Source: an uncultured Actinomycetota bacterium (GTDB lineage: Bacteria > Actinomycetota > Actinomycetes > Propionibacteriales > Nocardioidaceae). From it: DNA of 64,000 nt. The notes under the pieces were generated by a model, which saw only the letters and a program-made list of their open reading frames with translations, was not told where the DNA came from and did not search any database. The DNA is taken from assembly GCA_963835385.1 (NCBI GenBank), contig CAWIFK010000002.1, positions 255,572 through 319,571 on the forward strand, given 5' to 3'. A program made the translations under genes and the position numbers. Positions 1 to 8,494 of the stretch are shown here, piece by piece; position 1 is the stretch's first letter, and every line of letters begins with the position of its first letter.

Positions 1-351
1 CCGCTGCGAGGACAACGCCTCCGGCAGCAGCCGACCGTCGCGGACGAGGAACGTGGGCTGGGCCGTGGCGATCTTCCTGGCCCAGGGCAGGTGGGACGTC
101 ACGAGCGCGACGGCGAACTGGAGCAGAGCGAGCCCCGCCAAGGCGGCGGCACCCTCACTCCAGCTGACCGAGGTGTTGAGCACGATCGTCGCGAGGGTCG
201 ATCCCAGTGCCACCGTCACCACGAAGTCGAACGCATTGAGCTTGGCCAGCGTGCGCTTGCCGGACACGCGGAGGATCACCACCAAGGTGACGTAGGCCGT
301 CGCGACCGTCACGAGGACGCGGATGATGTCGGACCAGTTGTCGAACCACAT
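1..351 (-). CDS. DUF421 (YetF-like) membrane protein, runs off the window edge (3' part missing)
   Basis: Manual translation: MWFDNWSDIIRVLVTVATAYVTLVVILRVSGKRTLAKLNAFDFVVTVALGSTLA... The 'GKRTLA..NAFDFVVTVALGS' motif is typical of DUF421. Not in the ORF track because it is truncated. Confidence 0.85.
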   Translation of the reverse strand, partial: MWFDNWSDIIRVLVTVATAYVTLVVILRVSGKRTLAKLNAFDFVVTVALGSTLATIVLNTSVSWSEGAAALAGLALLQFAVALVTSHLPWARKIATAQPTFLVRDGRLLPEALSSQR

Positions 352-360
352 GCTGAAGGC

Positions 361-366
361 ATACCC
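361..366 (-). promoter_or_regulatory. SigF/SigB-type -10 element (GGGTAT) 9 nt before the DUF421 ATG
   Basis: Forward ATACCC reads GGGTAT on the minus strand. No good -35 match. Confidence 0.45.
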
Positions 367-514
367 ACGACGCCGGCATGTGTGTCGTTCGGCGGCGGTG
401 CTGGCCGGCGACGGCCGCGCGCCAAGGGCCCGGCTGCGGGGCGTCACGTGATCGAGTGACGCGCTTCGACCGGCTTCCGGACCGCCTCCGCGGCCAGCGG
501 GCGCGCCCGGATCG

Positions 515-778
515 CTACTCCTGGATGTAGAGCTCGAGCGTCTCGCCGAGCACCCCGTCGTACTGCATCGCGGCCGCGCCCGCCTCTGACTGCAGCGCCG
601 TCATCATCGCGTTCATGTCCGGGACGTCCATGCTGAGGCTGACGTGCCTACGGTTCGTGGGGCTGACGAAGGTGCGCAGGTTCGTGACTCCGACTGGCCC
701 GAAGAACTCGGCACGCTTGGGTGAGGACAGCCAGTGGTCGACGTCCTTGACGTCGTGGGTCGCAACGACTGTGGGCAT
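515..778 (-). CDS. Small (87 aa) hypothetical protein, dimeric alpha/beta-barrel (ABM/DUF3764-like)
   Basis: MPTVVATHDVKDVDHW...AMQYDGV pattern. GGGAGA RBS upstream of ATG 778. The ORF-track start at 1045 is an over-extension. Confidence 0.75.
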   Translation of the reverse strand: MPTVVATHDVKDVDHWLSSPKRAEFFGPVGVTNLRTFVSPTNRRHVSLSMDVPDMNAMMTALQSEAGAAAMQYDGVLGETLELYIQE

Positions 779-1034
779 GGTGGTCTCCCGACCTGGGGTC
801 GACTGATTCGACCGCTGATCCACACTAGGGGCGCCGAGCGCGGTCGGGCATGACACCCATGGGTCAGAGGTCGGGCCCGGTCTGCCCGCATTGCGCCCAT
901 CGCCGCGGTCCTGTTGCCCGGAGTAGCGACGGAGCCCGGTGCTCCGCTTCACGTGCCGCGGCCGCGAGCCGGATTTCGTCCACAGTTGCTGCTCTCGGGT
1001 GGTTGTCCACCGGTCGTACGCGTGTGCTCGTGGG

Positions 1035-1056
1035 CGTCGGTGCATCTCCCTAGCGT
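1035..1056 (+). promoter_or_regulatory. RecA-NDp/PafBC-type promoter of the DUF222-HNH gene (leaderless)
   Basis: cGTCGG-tgcatctccc-TAgcgT versus consensus TGTCGG-N10-TA-N3-T (1 mismatch). ATG is 6 nt downstream. Confidence 0.7.
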
Positions 1057-1062
1057 GGGGCC

Positions 1063-2478
1063 ATGACGTTGATCCAGGACCCTCCCGAGACCGCGGGCAC
1101 CGCGGGCACCGCGGGCACCGCGGGCGCGGTTGGCCCCGGTGGCGCTGCGAGTACGGCGAGCCCCGATGGCGGGACTGGGACGGCTGGGACCGCGGGCACG
1201 ACCGCCACGGCCGGCGGGAGTGCGCCGTCGCGGCCGGCGGTGTTGCGGCTGTGTGACTCGTTGGACCGGGCGCTGGACGCGGTGGCAGCGTCCCCGGCGT
1301 GGGCGCTGTCGGCGGCGGAGCAGGCCGAGGCGTTGGTGGCGTTGCGGCGGCAGCGGGCGCGGTTGAAGGCGCTGGAGCTGCAGGTGCTGGTGGCGGCCGA
1401 CCGCAATGGGGTCGGCTCGGAGTCGGGGGCGACGTCGACGCCGGCGTGGCTGGCCGACCAGACCAAGTCGGGGCGGGTGGGGTGTTTCCGGGATCTGCGG
1501 CTGGCCCGGGCGCTGGATGAGGAGTACGAGGCCACGGGGCGGGCGCTGGCGGCGGGGGTGATCGATGCGGAGAAGGCGGCGGTGATCGTGGCGGCGGTCA
1601 CCGCGTTGACCGCCGAGCACGACGACCTGCCCTCCGACATCCGGGGACGGGCCGAGGCGCACCTGCTGGACCTGGCGACCCGGTTCGACGCGGTCCGGTT
1701 GCGGCAGCTGGGCAAGCGGCTGTTGAAGGTGGTCTGCCCGGAGGCGGCCGATGCCGCGGAGGGCGCGAAGCTGGAGGCCGAGGAGAAGCGGGCCCGCCGG
1801 CTGGCGTACCTGTCGCTCCGCGACAACGGGGACGGCACCAGCCAGGGCCGGTTCCGGCTGCCCACGCTGCACGCGCACCTGTTGAAGAAGGCGCTGGAGG
1901 CGTTGACCTCGCCGCGGGTGATCGGCGAGGGCCGGATCGACCCGGAGACCGGCAAGAAGCTGGACCACTCCACGTTGCTGGGACACGGGTTCATGGACCT
2001 GTTGGAGAACCGTCTCGATCTGGCCGCGATGCCGGCCGGCCACGACTCGCCGTTCACGTTGACGATCCACGTCGACCTGCACGCCCTGCAGAGCGGGATC
2101 GGGGTCGCCACGGTGGAGACCGGGCACCGGATCTCCGCCGGCGAGGCACGGCGGCTGGCGTGCAAGGCCGGGATCATCCCGATGGTCCTCGACGGGGCGT
2201 CGGTGCCGCTCGACCTAGGCCGGGAGCGCAGGTTGTTCTCCAAGCAGCAGAAGCTCGCACTCGATCACCTCTACGGCGGGTGTGCCGCGGTCACCTGTGA
2301 CCGGCCGCCGTCGTGGGTGGAGTACCACCACCTCGACCCGTGGCACCGCGGCGGACGCACCGACCTGCACAACGGGATCCCGCTGTGCCCGCCGCACCAC
2401 CACATGGCCGACCACCCCGACACCTTCGACATGACCCGCTTGCCCACCGGCGGCGTCCGCTTCACCAGACGGACGTAG
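1063..2478 (+). CDS. DUF222 (13E12/REP13E12 repeat family) protein with C-terminal HNH endonuclease motif
   Basis: DUF222-type N-terminus (LARALDEEYEATGRALAAGVID...AEAHLLDLATRFD). C-terminal 'GCAAVTCDRPPSWVEYHHLDPWHRGGRTDLHNGIPLCPPHH'. Confidence 0.9.
   Translation: MTLIQDPPETAGTAGTAGTAGAVGPGGAASTASPDGGTGTAGTAGTTATAGGSAPSRPAVLRLCDSLDRALDAVAASPAWALSAAEQAEALVALRRQRARLKALELQVLVAADRNGVGSESGATSTPAWLADQTKSGRVGCFRDLRLARALDEEYEATGRALAAGVIDAEKAAVIVAAVTALTAEHDDLPSDIRGRAEAHLLDLATRFDAVRLRQLGKRLLKVVCPEAADAAEGAKLEAEEKRARRLAYLSLRDNGDGTSQGRFRLPTLHAHLLKKALEALTSPRVIGEGRIDPETGKKLDHSTLLGHGFMDLLENRLDLAAMPAGHDSPFTLTIHVDLHALQSGIGVATVETGHRISAGEARRLACKAGIIPMVLDGASVPLDLGRERRLFSKQQKLALDHLYGGCAAVTCDRPPSWVEYHHLDPWHRGGRTDLHNGIPLCPPHHHMADHPDTFDMTRLPTGGVRFTRRT
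1090..1125 (+). repeat. ACCGCGGGC x4, in-frame (Thr-Ala-Gly)4
   Basis: Four perfect 9-bp copies read directly; degenerate copies near 1177-1200. Confidence 0.95.
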
Positions 2479-2585
2479 ACCGACGCGGGTAGACCGGCGC
2501 GACCATCCGGACGGTGGAGAACAAGGTCGATGGGTCGAAGCTGGTCGAGCCCGCAGTGCGATGGACGAGGCCGTTCGCGAGCTTG

Positions 2586-4460
2586 TCAGAGCGCGCCGAG
2601 CGCCCGCGCCACCGGCACCACCGACGCGGCGGCCCAGGCCTGCGGCCGGCAGGACGCGGGGTAGGGGACCGGCGGCCAGACCTCGTCGGCCGGCTGGCCG
2701 CCGAACAGCTCGGGCAGCCGGTAGTCGAACCCCTCCGCCGAGGACAGCAGCCCGGACGCGACCGAGGCGGCCTCGGCGGCGTACCCGTCGCGCAGCATCC
2801 CGTCGATCACCATCGCGGTGTCGTGCGACCACACCGACCCGGCGTGGTAGCGCAGCGGCCAGTAGGCGCCGTTGGTGGTCGACAGCGTGCGGATCCCGTA
2901 GCCGGAGAACATCGTCGGGTCCAGCAGCCGGTCGACGACGGTCCGCTGCTCGTCGGGGTCCAGCAGACCGGTGCCGAGCAGGTGGCCGATGTTCGAGCTG
3001 ACCCCGTCGACCGGCTGCTTCTTGGCATCGAGCGCGAGCGCGGGGTACCTGCCCTGCGCGTCCGAGACCCAGAACTCGTCGCGGAACCGCTGCTTCAGGG
3101 CGGCGGCCCACGTGCGCCAGGAGTCACCGCCCGGCCGGCCGAAGGCGTCCAGGAGGTCGGCGCCCTTCAGCGCCGCTTCGTAGGCGTAGGCCTGCACCTC
3201 GCACAGCGCGATCGGACCGTCGGCGATCGTGCCGTCGTGCCAGCGGATCGAGTCGCCGGAGTCCTTCCAGCCCTGGTTGGCCAGGCCGTGCCCGGTGGTG
3301 TCGAGATACTCCAGGAAGCCGTCGCCGTCGGAATCGCCGTACTCGCCGAGCCACCGCAGTGCCGCCTCCAGGTGGTCCAGCAGCGCCTCCACCTCGTCCG
3401 CGGCCATGCCGGCCCGCCAGGTGTCGTGCAGCAGCGTGATCCACAGCGGCGTCGCGTCGATGGTGCCGTAGTAGACCGGCGGCAGGTGGAACCCCTCGCC
3501 CTCGTGCGAGACGTCGGTACGCCGCACCTCGTGCAGGATCTTGCCGGGCTGCTCGGCCGTCTCCTCGTCCACCTTCGTGCCCTGACGTGCCGCCAGCGCC
3601 CGCAGCGTCCCGGCGGCCAGCGACCGGTCCACCGGCAGCAGCATCCGGGCCGCGATCAGCGAGTCACGGCCGAACATCGTGTAGAACCACGGCGCGCCGG
3701 CAGCGAGGAACACGTCGTTCGGCAGCGACCGGTCCGCGATCCGCAGGCTGTTGAGGTCCGAGAACGCCTGCTCAGCCAGGCGCTGCAACCGCTGGTCGCT
3801 CGCGGCGAGCTGAGGGGCGGCGACCGGGGGAGCGCTGACCCCGAGCACCGGCGAGGCGGCGTCCGACGCCTGCAGCGTCCAGCCGACGACCTCCTCGTCG
3901 CCGGGAGACAGGCGCACCTCCCACGCCACCGTCAGAGAGTCGTCGCACACCTCCACCGCGCCACCGGCGACGCTCAGCTCCGCGGCGGTGTCCGTGTCGC
4001 GCCACGACCACCGTGGCCCCTGCGAGGGATCCAGCGCAGGCGGGACGGCGCCGGTGTGACCGGTCTTGATGGTCTCCATCGGCGCGGTGTCGAGCCCCAG
4101 CACCAGCTCGAGCGAGACCGAGACGTCCACGTGCAGGGCCGAGGCGACCCGCAGCTCCTCGGTCACGTTGTCGACGTTGGCGCGCCGGGTGCGCTCGATC
4201 GTGACCAGCGGGTCCGGCACCTCGGTCGCCACGGTGACGACGTACACGAACGACACCTCGGTCGCCGACCGCACCTGCGTGGAGACGTGCCGCAGCTCGT
4301 GCTCGGCCACGCCGAGCCGCGCGGAGGCGACGATCCGCTCGTCGCCGCAGTAGATGCCTTCGGCCCCCTCACCGATCCCGCCGTCGGGCTGCGACCACGC
4401 CTGGACGGGCGCGCGGAACACGCCGGTCAGATGCGCGAGGTACGGCTGGGTGGGGGTCAT
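2586..4460 (-). CDS. Amylo-alpha-1,6-glucosidase / glycogen-debranching-like (alpha/alpha)6 glycoside hydrolase
   Basis: Motifs AAGAPWFYTMFGRDS, EQPGKILHEVR, YYGTIDATPL, GLANQGWKDSGD, YHAGSVWSHD, PYPASCRPQAWAA. Confidence 0.9.
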   Translation of the reverse strand: MTPTQPYLAHLTGVFRAPVQAWSQPDGGIGEGAEGIYCGDERIVASARLGVAEHELRHVSTQVRSATEVSFVYVVTVATEVPDPLVTIERTRRANVDNVTEELRVASALHVDVSVSLELVLGLDTAPMETIKTGHTGAVPPALDPSQGPRWSWRDTDTAAELSVAGGAVEVCDDSLTVAWEVRLSPGDEEVVGWTLQASDAASPVLGVSAPPVAAPQLAASDQRLQRLAEQAFSDLNSLRIADRSLPNDVFLAAGAPWFYTMFGRDSLIAARMLLPVDRSLAAGTLRALAARQGTKVDEETAEQPGKILHEVRRTDVSHEGEGFHLPPVYYGTIDATPLWITLLHDTWRAGMAADEVEALLDHLEAALRWLGEYGDSDGDGFLEYLDTTGHGLANQGWKDSGDSIRWHDGTIADGPIALCEVQAYAYEAALKGADLLDAFGRPGGDSWRTWAAALKQRFRDEFWVSDAQGRYPALALDAKKQPVDGVSSNIGHLLGTGLLDPDEQRTVVDRLLDPTMFSGYGIRTLSTTNGAYWPLRYHAGSVWSHDTAMVIDGMLRDGYAAEAASVASGLLSSAEGFDYRLPELFGGQPADEVWPPVPYPASCRPQAWAAASVVPVARALGAL

Positions 4461-4579
4461 GCGAGCGCCTCCTGGGCGGTGGTCGGCGGTATGGCGGCAG
4501 GGCGAGCGCTCGGCGGCCCGGGCGGTTTCTCGATCGTGCCGCAGGCGTCACCGGCGGGGGACGGGCAGGTCACGCCCTC

Positions 4580-4608
4580 TTGACATGAAGTGTCGCTGGT
4601 CACAGGAT
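4580..4608 (+). promoter_or_regulatory. Housekeeping-sigma promoter of the LacI/sugar ABC operon
   Basis: TTGACA (4580-4585), 17-nt spacer, CAGGAT (4603-4608). Confidence 0.75.
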
Positions 4609-4620
4609 GACGTTAGCGCG

Positions 4621-4632
4621 TTGAACGTTCAA
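4621..4632. promoter_or_regulatory. LacI-family operator O1, TTGAACGTTCAA
   Basis: Perfect 12-bp palindrome with central CG, just downstream of the -10 and adjacent to a LacI gene. Confidence 0.8.
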
Positions 4633-4687
4633 AGTCGTCTTTCTCCGGTTCGGTCGAGACAAGGTTCGCCGCCCGTTGGAGCGAGTT

Positions 4688-4699
4688 TTGAACGTTCAT
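4688..4699. promoter_or_regulatory. LacI-family operator O2, TTGAACGTTCAT
   Basis: 11/12 identical to O1, 67 bp downstream. Confidence 0.75.
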
Positions 4700-4750
4700 C
4701 GTCGCCGGAGCAGAGCCCGCCCGCCACGGCCCAGACGGAAGGAGCAGGCG

Positions 4751-5860
4751 ATGGCCGAGAAGCCCACCCTCGTCTCGCTCGCCCGTGACCTCGGGGTCTC
4801 CCGGCAGACCGTCTCCAACGCCCTCAACGCCCCGCACCGGGTCAACGCGGTGACCCTCGATCGGGTGCTCAAGGGCATCGAGGAGTCCGGCTACCGCCCG
4901 CACATCGCCGGCCGCCAGCTGCGCACCCGGAGCTCGCACAACCTCGCGATGCGGCTCTACCCGTCCACCGACGGGGTCAACGGCTCGGTGCTCGACCGGT
5001 TCATGCACGCGCTCACCGAGGCCGCCCAGCGCCACGGCTACCGCCTGATGCTGTTCACCGCGACCGACGACGCCGGCGAGATCGACGCGATCGACGACCT
5101 GCTCGGCACCGCGGACATCGACGGGTTCGTGCTCACCTCCACCCACCACGACGACGCCCGCACCGCGTGGCTGCTCGAGCACGACGTGCCGTTCGTCGCG
5201 TTCGGCCGGCCCTGGGCCGACCCGAGCCGGCTCCAGCACGCGGCGCCGCACTCGTGGGTCGACGTCGACGGCGGCGCCGGTACGGCGGAGGCCGCCGCGC
5301 TCCTGCTGGGCCGGGGCCACCGACGCGTCGGCTTCCTCGGCTGGCCGGGCGGGTCCGGAGTCGGCGACGACCGTCGCGCCGGGTGGCGCCGGGCCCTGGC
5401 GGACGCCGGACTCGACGAGGTGGCCGACGAGCTGCACGTCGAGGTCGAGGACAGCGTCGCCCAGGGCGCCCGCGGCGCGCGCGAGCTGTTCGAGCGGGGC
5501 GCCGACGCCCTCGTCTGCTCCAGCGACTCTCTGGCCCTCGGAGCGGTCACCGCCTGGCGCGAGCGGGAGCAGCGGCCGGCCGCCGGCCCACCGGTGATCG
5601 GGTTCGACGACACCCCGGTCGCCGCCGCCCTCGGGCTCTCCAGCGTCCGCCAGCCGATCGAGCAGGTCGCCCGGCGCGTGGTCGACCTGCTGCTGCGGCA
5701 GCTGCCGGCGGCCCGGGCCGGCGCCGACCCCACCCCCCGCCACGAGCTGCTCGCCGCCTCCCTCGTGGAGCGGGAGCCGGACCCGAACCTGTTCGCCGCC
5801 CCCCACCCGGCGGCACGCGATGACCAACCCATGACTGACCCAGCACCGACCCAGCACTGA
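4751..5860 (+). CDS. LacI family transcriptional regulator
   Basis: HTH 'PTLVSLARDLGVSRQTVSNALN', hinge 'GYRPHIAGRQL', sugar-binding 'VIGFDDTP'. RBS AAGGAG upstream of ATG 4751. Confidence 0.95.
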   Translation: MAEKPTLVSLARDLGVSRQTVSNALNAPHRVNAVTLDRVLKGIEESGYRPHIAGRQLRTRSSHNLAMRLYPSTDGVNGSVLDRFMHALTEAAQRHGYRLMLFTATDDAGEIDAIDDLLGTADIDGFVLTSTHHDDARTAWLLEHDVPFVAFGRPWADPSRLQHAAPHSWVDVDGGAGTAEAAALLLGRGHRRVGFLGWPGGSGVGDDRRAGWRRALADAGLDEVADELHVEVEDSVAQGARGARELFERGADALVCSSDSLALGAVTAWREREQRPAAGPPVIGFDDTPVAAALGLSSVRQPIEQVARRVVDLLLRQLPAARAGADPTPRHELLAASLVEREPDPNLFAAPHPAARDDQPMTDPAPTQH

Positions 5861-5885
5861 CCCAGCACCGACCCAGCACCGACCC
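5837..5885 (+). repeat. GACCCAGCAC(C/T) x4 plus partial, overlapping the LacI stop codon
   Basis: 11-bp units at 5837, 5848, 5859 and 5870. TGA at 5858-5860 spans units 2 and 3. Confidence 0.95.
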
Positions 5886-5944
5886 ACCGACCCGTGGCCC
5901 GAGGGGTCGCGCACCGACCCGACACCCTCCAGGCGTCTCCCGGC

Positions 5945-6016
5945 CCCCGAGAGCACCCCGAGAACCCCGAGAGCGCCCCGAGAACCCCGAGAACCCCGAG
6001 AACCCGAGAACCCGAG
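5945..6016 (+). repeat. CCCCGAGAA-type tandem array (8 units of 8-11 bp, last one partial)
   Basis: Read directly. Ends 2 nt before the AAGGAG RBS of the solute-binding protein gene. Confidence 0.9.
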
Positions 6017-6031
6017 CGAAGGAGTCACCCG

Positions 6032-7306
6032 ATGACAGCCCCCACCCCAGCCCCCCGCCGACCGAGGACCGGCCGCCGGCTGGCCGCCGCGGCGCTCGGC
6101 ACCTCCGCCGCGATGCTGCTCGCCGCCTGCGGCGGATCCGGATTCGAGGACGAGGGCAGCGCCGGCGCGGAGCAGAAGAGCGACGCCCCGATCACCGTGC
6201 TCATCGGCTCCTCCGGCGACGCCGAGACCGAGGCCGTCACCGACGCGGTGAAGAAGTGGTCCGACGAGTCCGGCGTCAAGGCCGAGGTCCGGGCCGCGTC
6301 CGACCTGAACCAGGAGCTCGCGCAGGGCTTCGCCGGTGGGCAGCCGCCGGACGTGTTCTACCTGTCGACCGACCAGCTCGCGTCGTACGCCTCGAACGGC
6401 TCGCTGGAGCCCTACGCCAGTGACCTGGAGAACGCCGACGCGTTCTTCCCGACGCTCGAGGACGCGTTCACCTACGAGGACCAGTTCTGGTGCGCGCCCA
6501 AGGACTTCTCGACGCTGGCACTGGTGATCAACACCAAGCTGTGGAAGCAGGCCGGGCTCACCGACGCCGACGTGCCGACCGACTGGGATCAGCTCGCCTC
6601 GGTCGCCCAGAAGCTCACCAAGGGCAAGCAGAAGGGCCTGGTCTTCAGCCCGGAGTACCAGCGCGTCGGCGTCTTCTTCGAGCAGAACGGCGGCGGCCTG
6701 GTCAACGACGAGGGCACCGAGGCGACCGTGAACAGCCCCGAGAACGTCGAGGCGCTCACCCAGGTCAAGCAGATGCTCGCCGACGGCTACGCGGCCTACT
6801 CCTCCGACGTCGGCGCCGGCTGGGGCGGCGAGGCGTTCGGCAAGGGGCTCGGCGCGATGACGATCGAGGGCAACTGGATCGCCGGCGCCATGGAGAACGA
6901 CTTCCCCGACGTCGACTACCAGGTCGTCAAGCTGCCCGCCGGCCCCGCCGGTGAGGGCACCCTGCAGTTCACCAACTGCTGGGGCATCGCCTCCGGCAGC
7001 GACAACATCGACGGGTCGGTCTCGCTCGTCGAGCAGCTCACGTCGGCCGACCAGCAGATGGCGTTCGCCGACGCGTTCGGCGTGATGCCCTCGGTCGAGG
7101 CGGTCGCCGACGAGTGGAAGAGCGCGAACGCCAAGTCCGCGGCCTTCATCGAGAGCGCGGACTTCGCCGGCAACCTGCCGACCCAGGAGGGTGCGGCGGA
7201 CGTGATCGCCGAGCTCAACGCCCAGCTGGCGACGCTGAAGGGCTCGCAGCCGCAGCAGATCCTCGACGGCGTCCAGAAGAACATGGAAGCCGTCGTCTCG
7301 CAGTAG
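6032..7306 (+). CDS. Sugar ABC transporter substrate-binding lipoprotein
   Basis: Lipobox 'MLLAACGG', 'PPDVFYL', 'GAMTIEGNW'. RBS AAGGAG. Confidence 0.93.
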   Translation: MTAPTPAPRRPRTGRRLAAAALGTSAAMLLAACGGSGFEDEGSAGAEQKSDAPITVLIGSSGDAETEAVTDAVKKWSDESGVKAEVRAASDLNQELAQGFAGGQPPDVFYLSTDQLASYASNGSLEPYASDLENADAFFPTLEDAFTYEDQFWCAPKDFSTLALVINTKLWKQAGLTDADVPTDWDQLASVAQKLTKGKQKGLVFSPEYQRVGVFFEQNGGGLVNDEGTEATVNSPENVEALTQVKQMLADGYAAYSSDVGAGWGGEAFGKGLGAMTIEGNWIAGAMENDFPDVDYQVVKLPAGPAGEGTLQFTNCWGIASGSDNIDGSVSLVEQLTSADQQMAFADAFGVMPSVEAVADEWKSANAKSAAFIESADFAGNLPTQEGAADVIAELNAQLATLKGSQPQQILDGVQKNMEAVVSQ

Positions 7307-7324
7307 TCGGCTCCCTCAAGACCG

Positions 7325-7365
7325 GTGGTCCCCGTCCGCCTCCTCCATCGGCAGGCGGGGACCAC
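7325..7365 (+). terminator. Intercistronic stem-loop after the SBP gene
   Basis: GTGGTCCCCG...CGGGGACCAC 10-bp perfect stem with imperfect extension. Confidence 0.6.
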
Positions 7366-7390
7366 CCACCAACCCCAGGAGGGTGAGCAG

Positions 7391-8494
7391 ATGGCAACGC
7401 GCGTGGGCGACCGGGTGGCGCGACCTGGGCTCGGGAACAAGGCACGTCAGCAGCTGGCCGGCTGGATCTTCATCTCCCCGGTCGTGGTGCTGCTCGGGCT
7501 CTTCCTGTTCGTGCCGGTGATGATGGCGGCGTGGGTGAGCGTGTCGGACTGGTCCGGCCGGGGCAGCCCGCTCTCGTCCGGGGTGTCGTTCGTCGGTCTC
7601 GAGAACTACAGCCGGATCCTCAGCGGAGGCGGCCTGGACACGCAGGACTTCGGTACCTCGATCCGCAACAACCTGTACTACGTGCTGCTGGTCGTCCCGA
7701 TCCAGACGGCGCTGGCCCTCGGCCTCGCGGTGCTGGTCAGCAGGCGACTCCTCAAGGCCCGCGGCTTCTTCCGCACCGCGTTCTACTTCCCGTCGGTGAC
7801 GAGCTCGGTCGCGATCACCGTGCTGTGGCTGTTCCTGTTCAACGCCTCCGGAGTGATCAACAAGATCCTCTCCTGGGTCAGCATCGACGGCCCCAACTGG
7901 TTCGCCGACCCGCGCGGCGTGCTGCACCTGCTCCTGGGCGCCATCGGCATCGACGCCGCCCCCGACGCGCTGGCGAGCAGCGAGTTCCTCGGCATCTCGT
8001 GGTGGGAGTGGTTGGCGGGGCCCTCGGTCGCGATGAGCGCGTTCATCCTGATGGCGATCTTCACGACGTCGGGCACGTTCATGCTGCTGTTCATCGCAGC
8101 GCTGCAGAACATCGGCCCCGAGATGGAGGAGGCCGCCACCCTGGACCGGGCGAACGCCTGGCAGCGGTTCCGCTACGTGACCCTGCCGATGCTCAAGCCG
8201 ACGATCTTCACGGTGGTGACGCTCGGCCTGATCGGGACCTGGCAGGTCTTCGACCAGATCTACGTCGGCACCCAGGGCGGCCCGGCCAAGACGACGCTGA
8301 CGCCGGCCTACCTGTCGTTCAACGCCGCGTTCAACCAGCAGGACTGGGGTGAGGGCGCCGCGATCGCGTTCATCCTCTTCGCGATCATCGTGTTCTTCAC
8401 GCTGGTGCAGCGGTGGGTGCTGCGCGACCGCGACAAGGTGAAGAGCACCCGCGACCCGAAGGCACAGGCAGCAGCAGTGGAGGCGGAGCGATGA
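7391..8494 (+). CDS. Carbohydrate ABC transporter permease (MalF-like)
   Basis: 'FVGLENY', 'RTAFYFPSV', EAA loop 'EEAATLDRANAWQRFRYVTLPMLKP'. RBS GGAGGG upstream of ATG 7391. Confidence 0.93.
   Translation: MATRVGDRVARPGLGNKARQQLAGWIFISPVVVLLGLFLFVPVMMAAWVSVSDWSGRGSPLSSGVSFVGLENYSRILSGGGLDTQDFGTSIRNNLYYVLLVVPIQTALALGLAVLVSRRLLKARGFFRTAFYFPSVTSSVAITVLWLFLFNASGVINKILSWVSIDGPNWFADPRGVLHLLLGAIGIDAAPDALASSEFLGISWWEWLAGPSVAMSAFILMAIFTTSGTFMLLFIAALQNIGPEMEEAATLDRANAWQRFRYVTLPMLKPTIFTVVTLGLIGTWQVFDQIYVGTQGGPAKTTLTPAYLSFNAAFNQQDWGEGAAIAFILFAIIVFFTLVQRWVLRDRDKVKSTRDPKAQAAAVEAER

Noticed and set aside
940-2585. DUF222-HNH as an IS with terminal inverted repeats or target-site duplication
   Set aside because: No TIR or flanking direct repeat found by eye, and no DDE, HUH or recombinase motif; kept as a CDS only.
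5837-6016. Possible CRISPR array
   Set aside because: Units are 8-11 bp, contiguous and without unique spacers; no cas genes.
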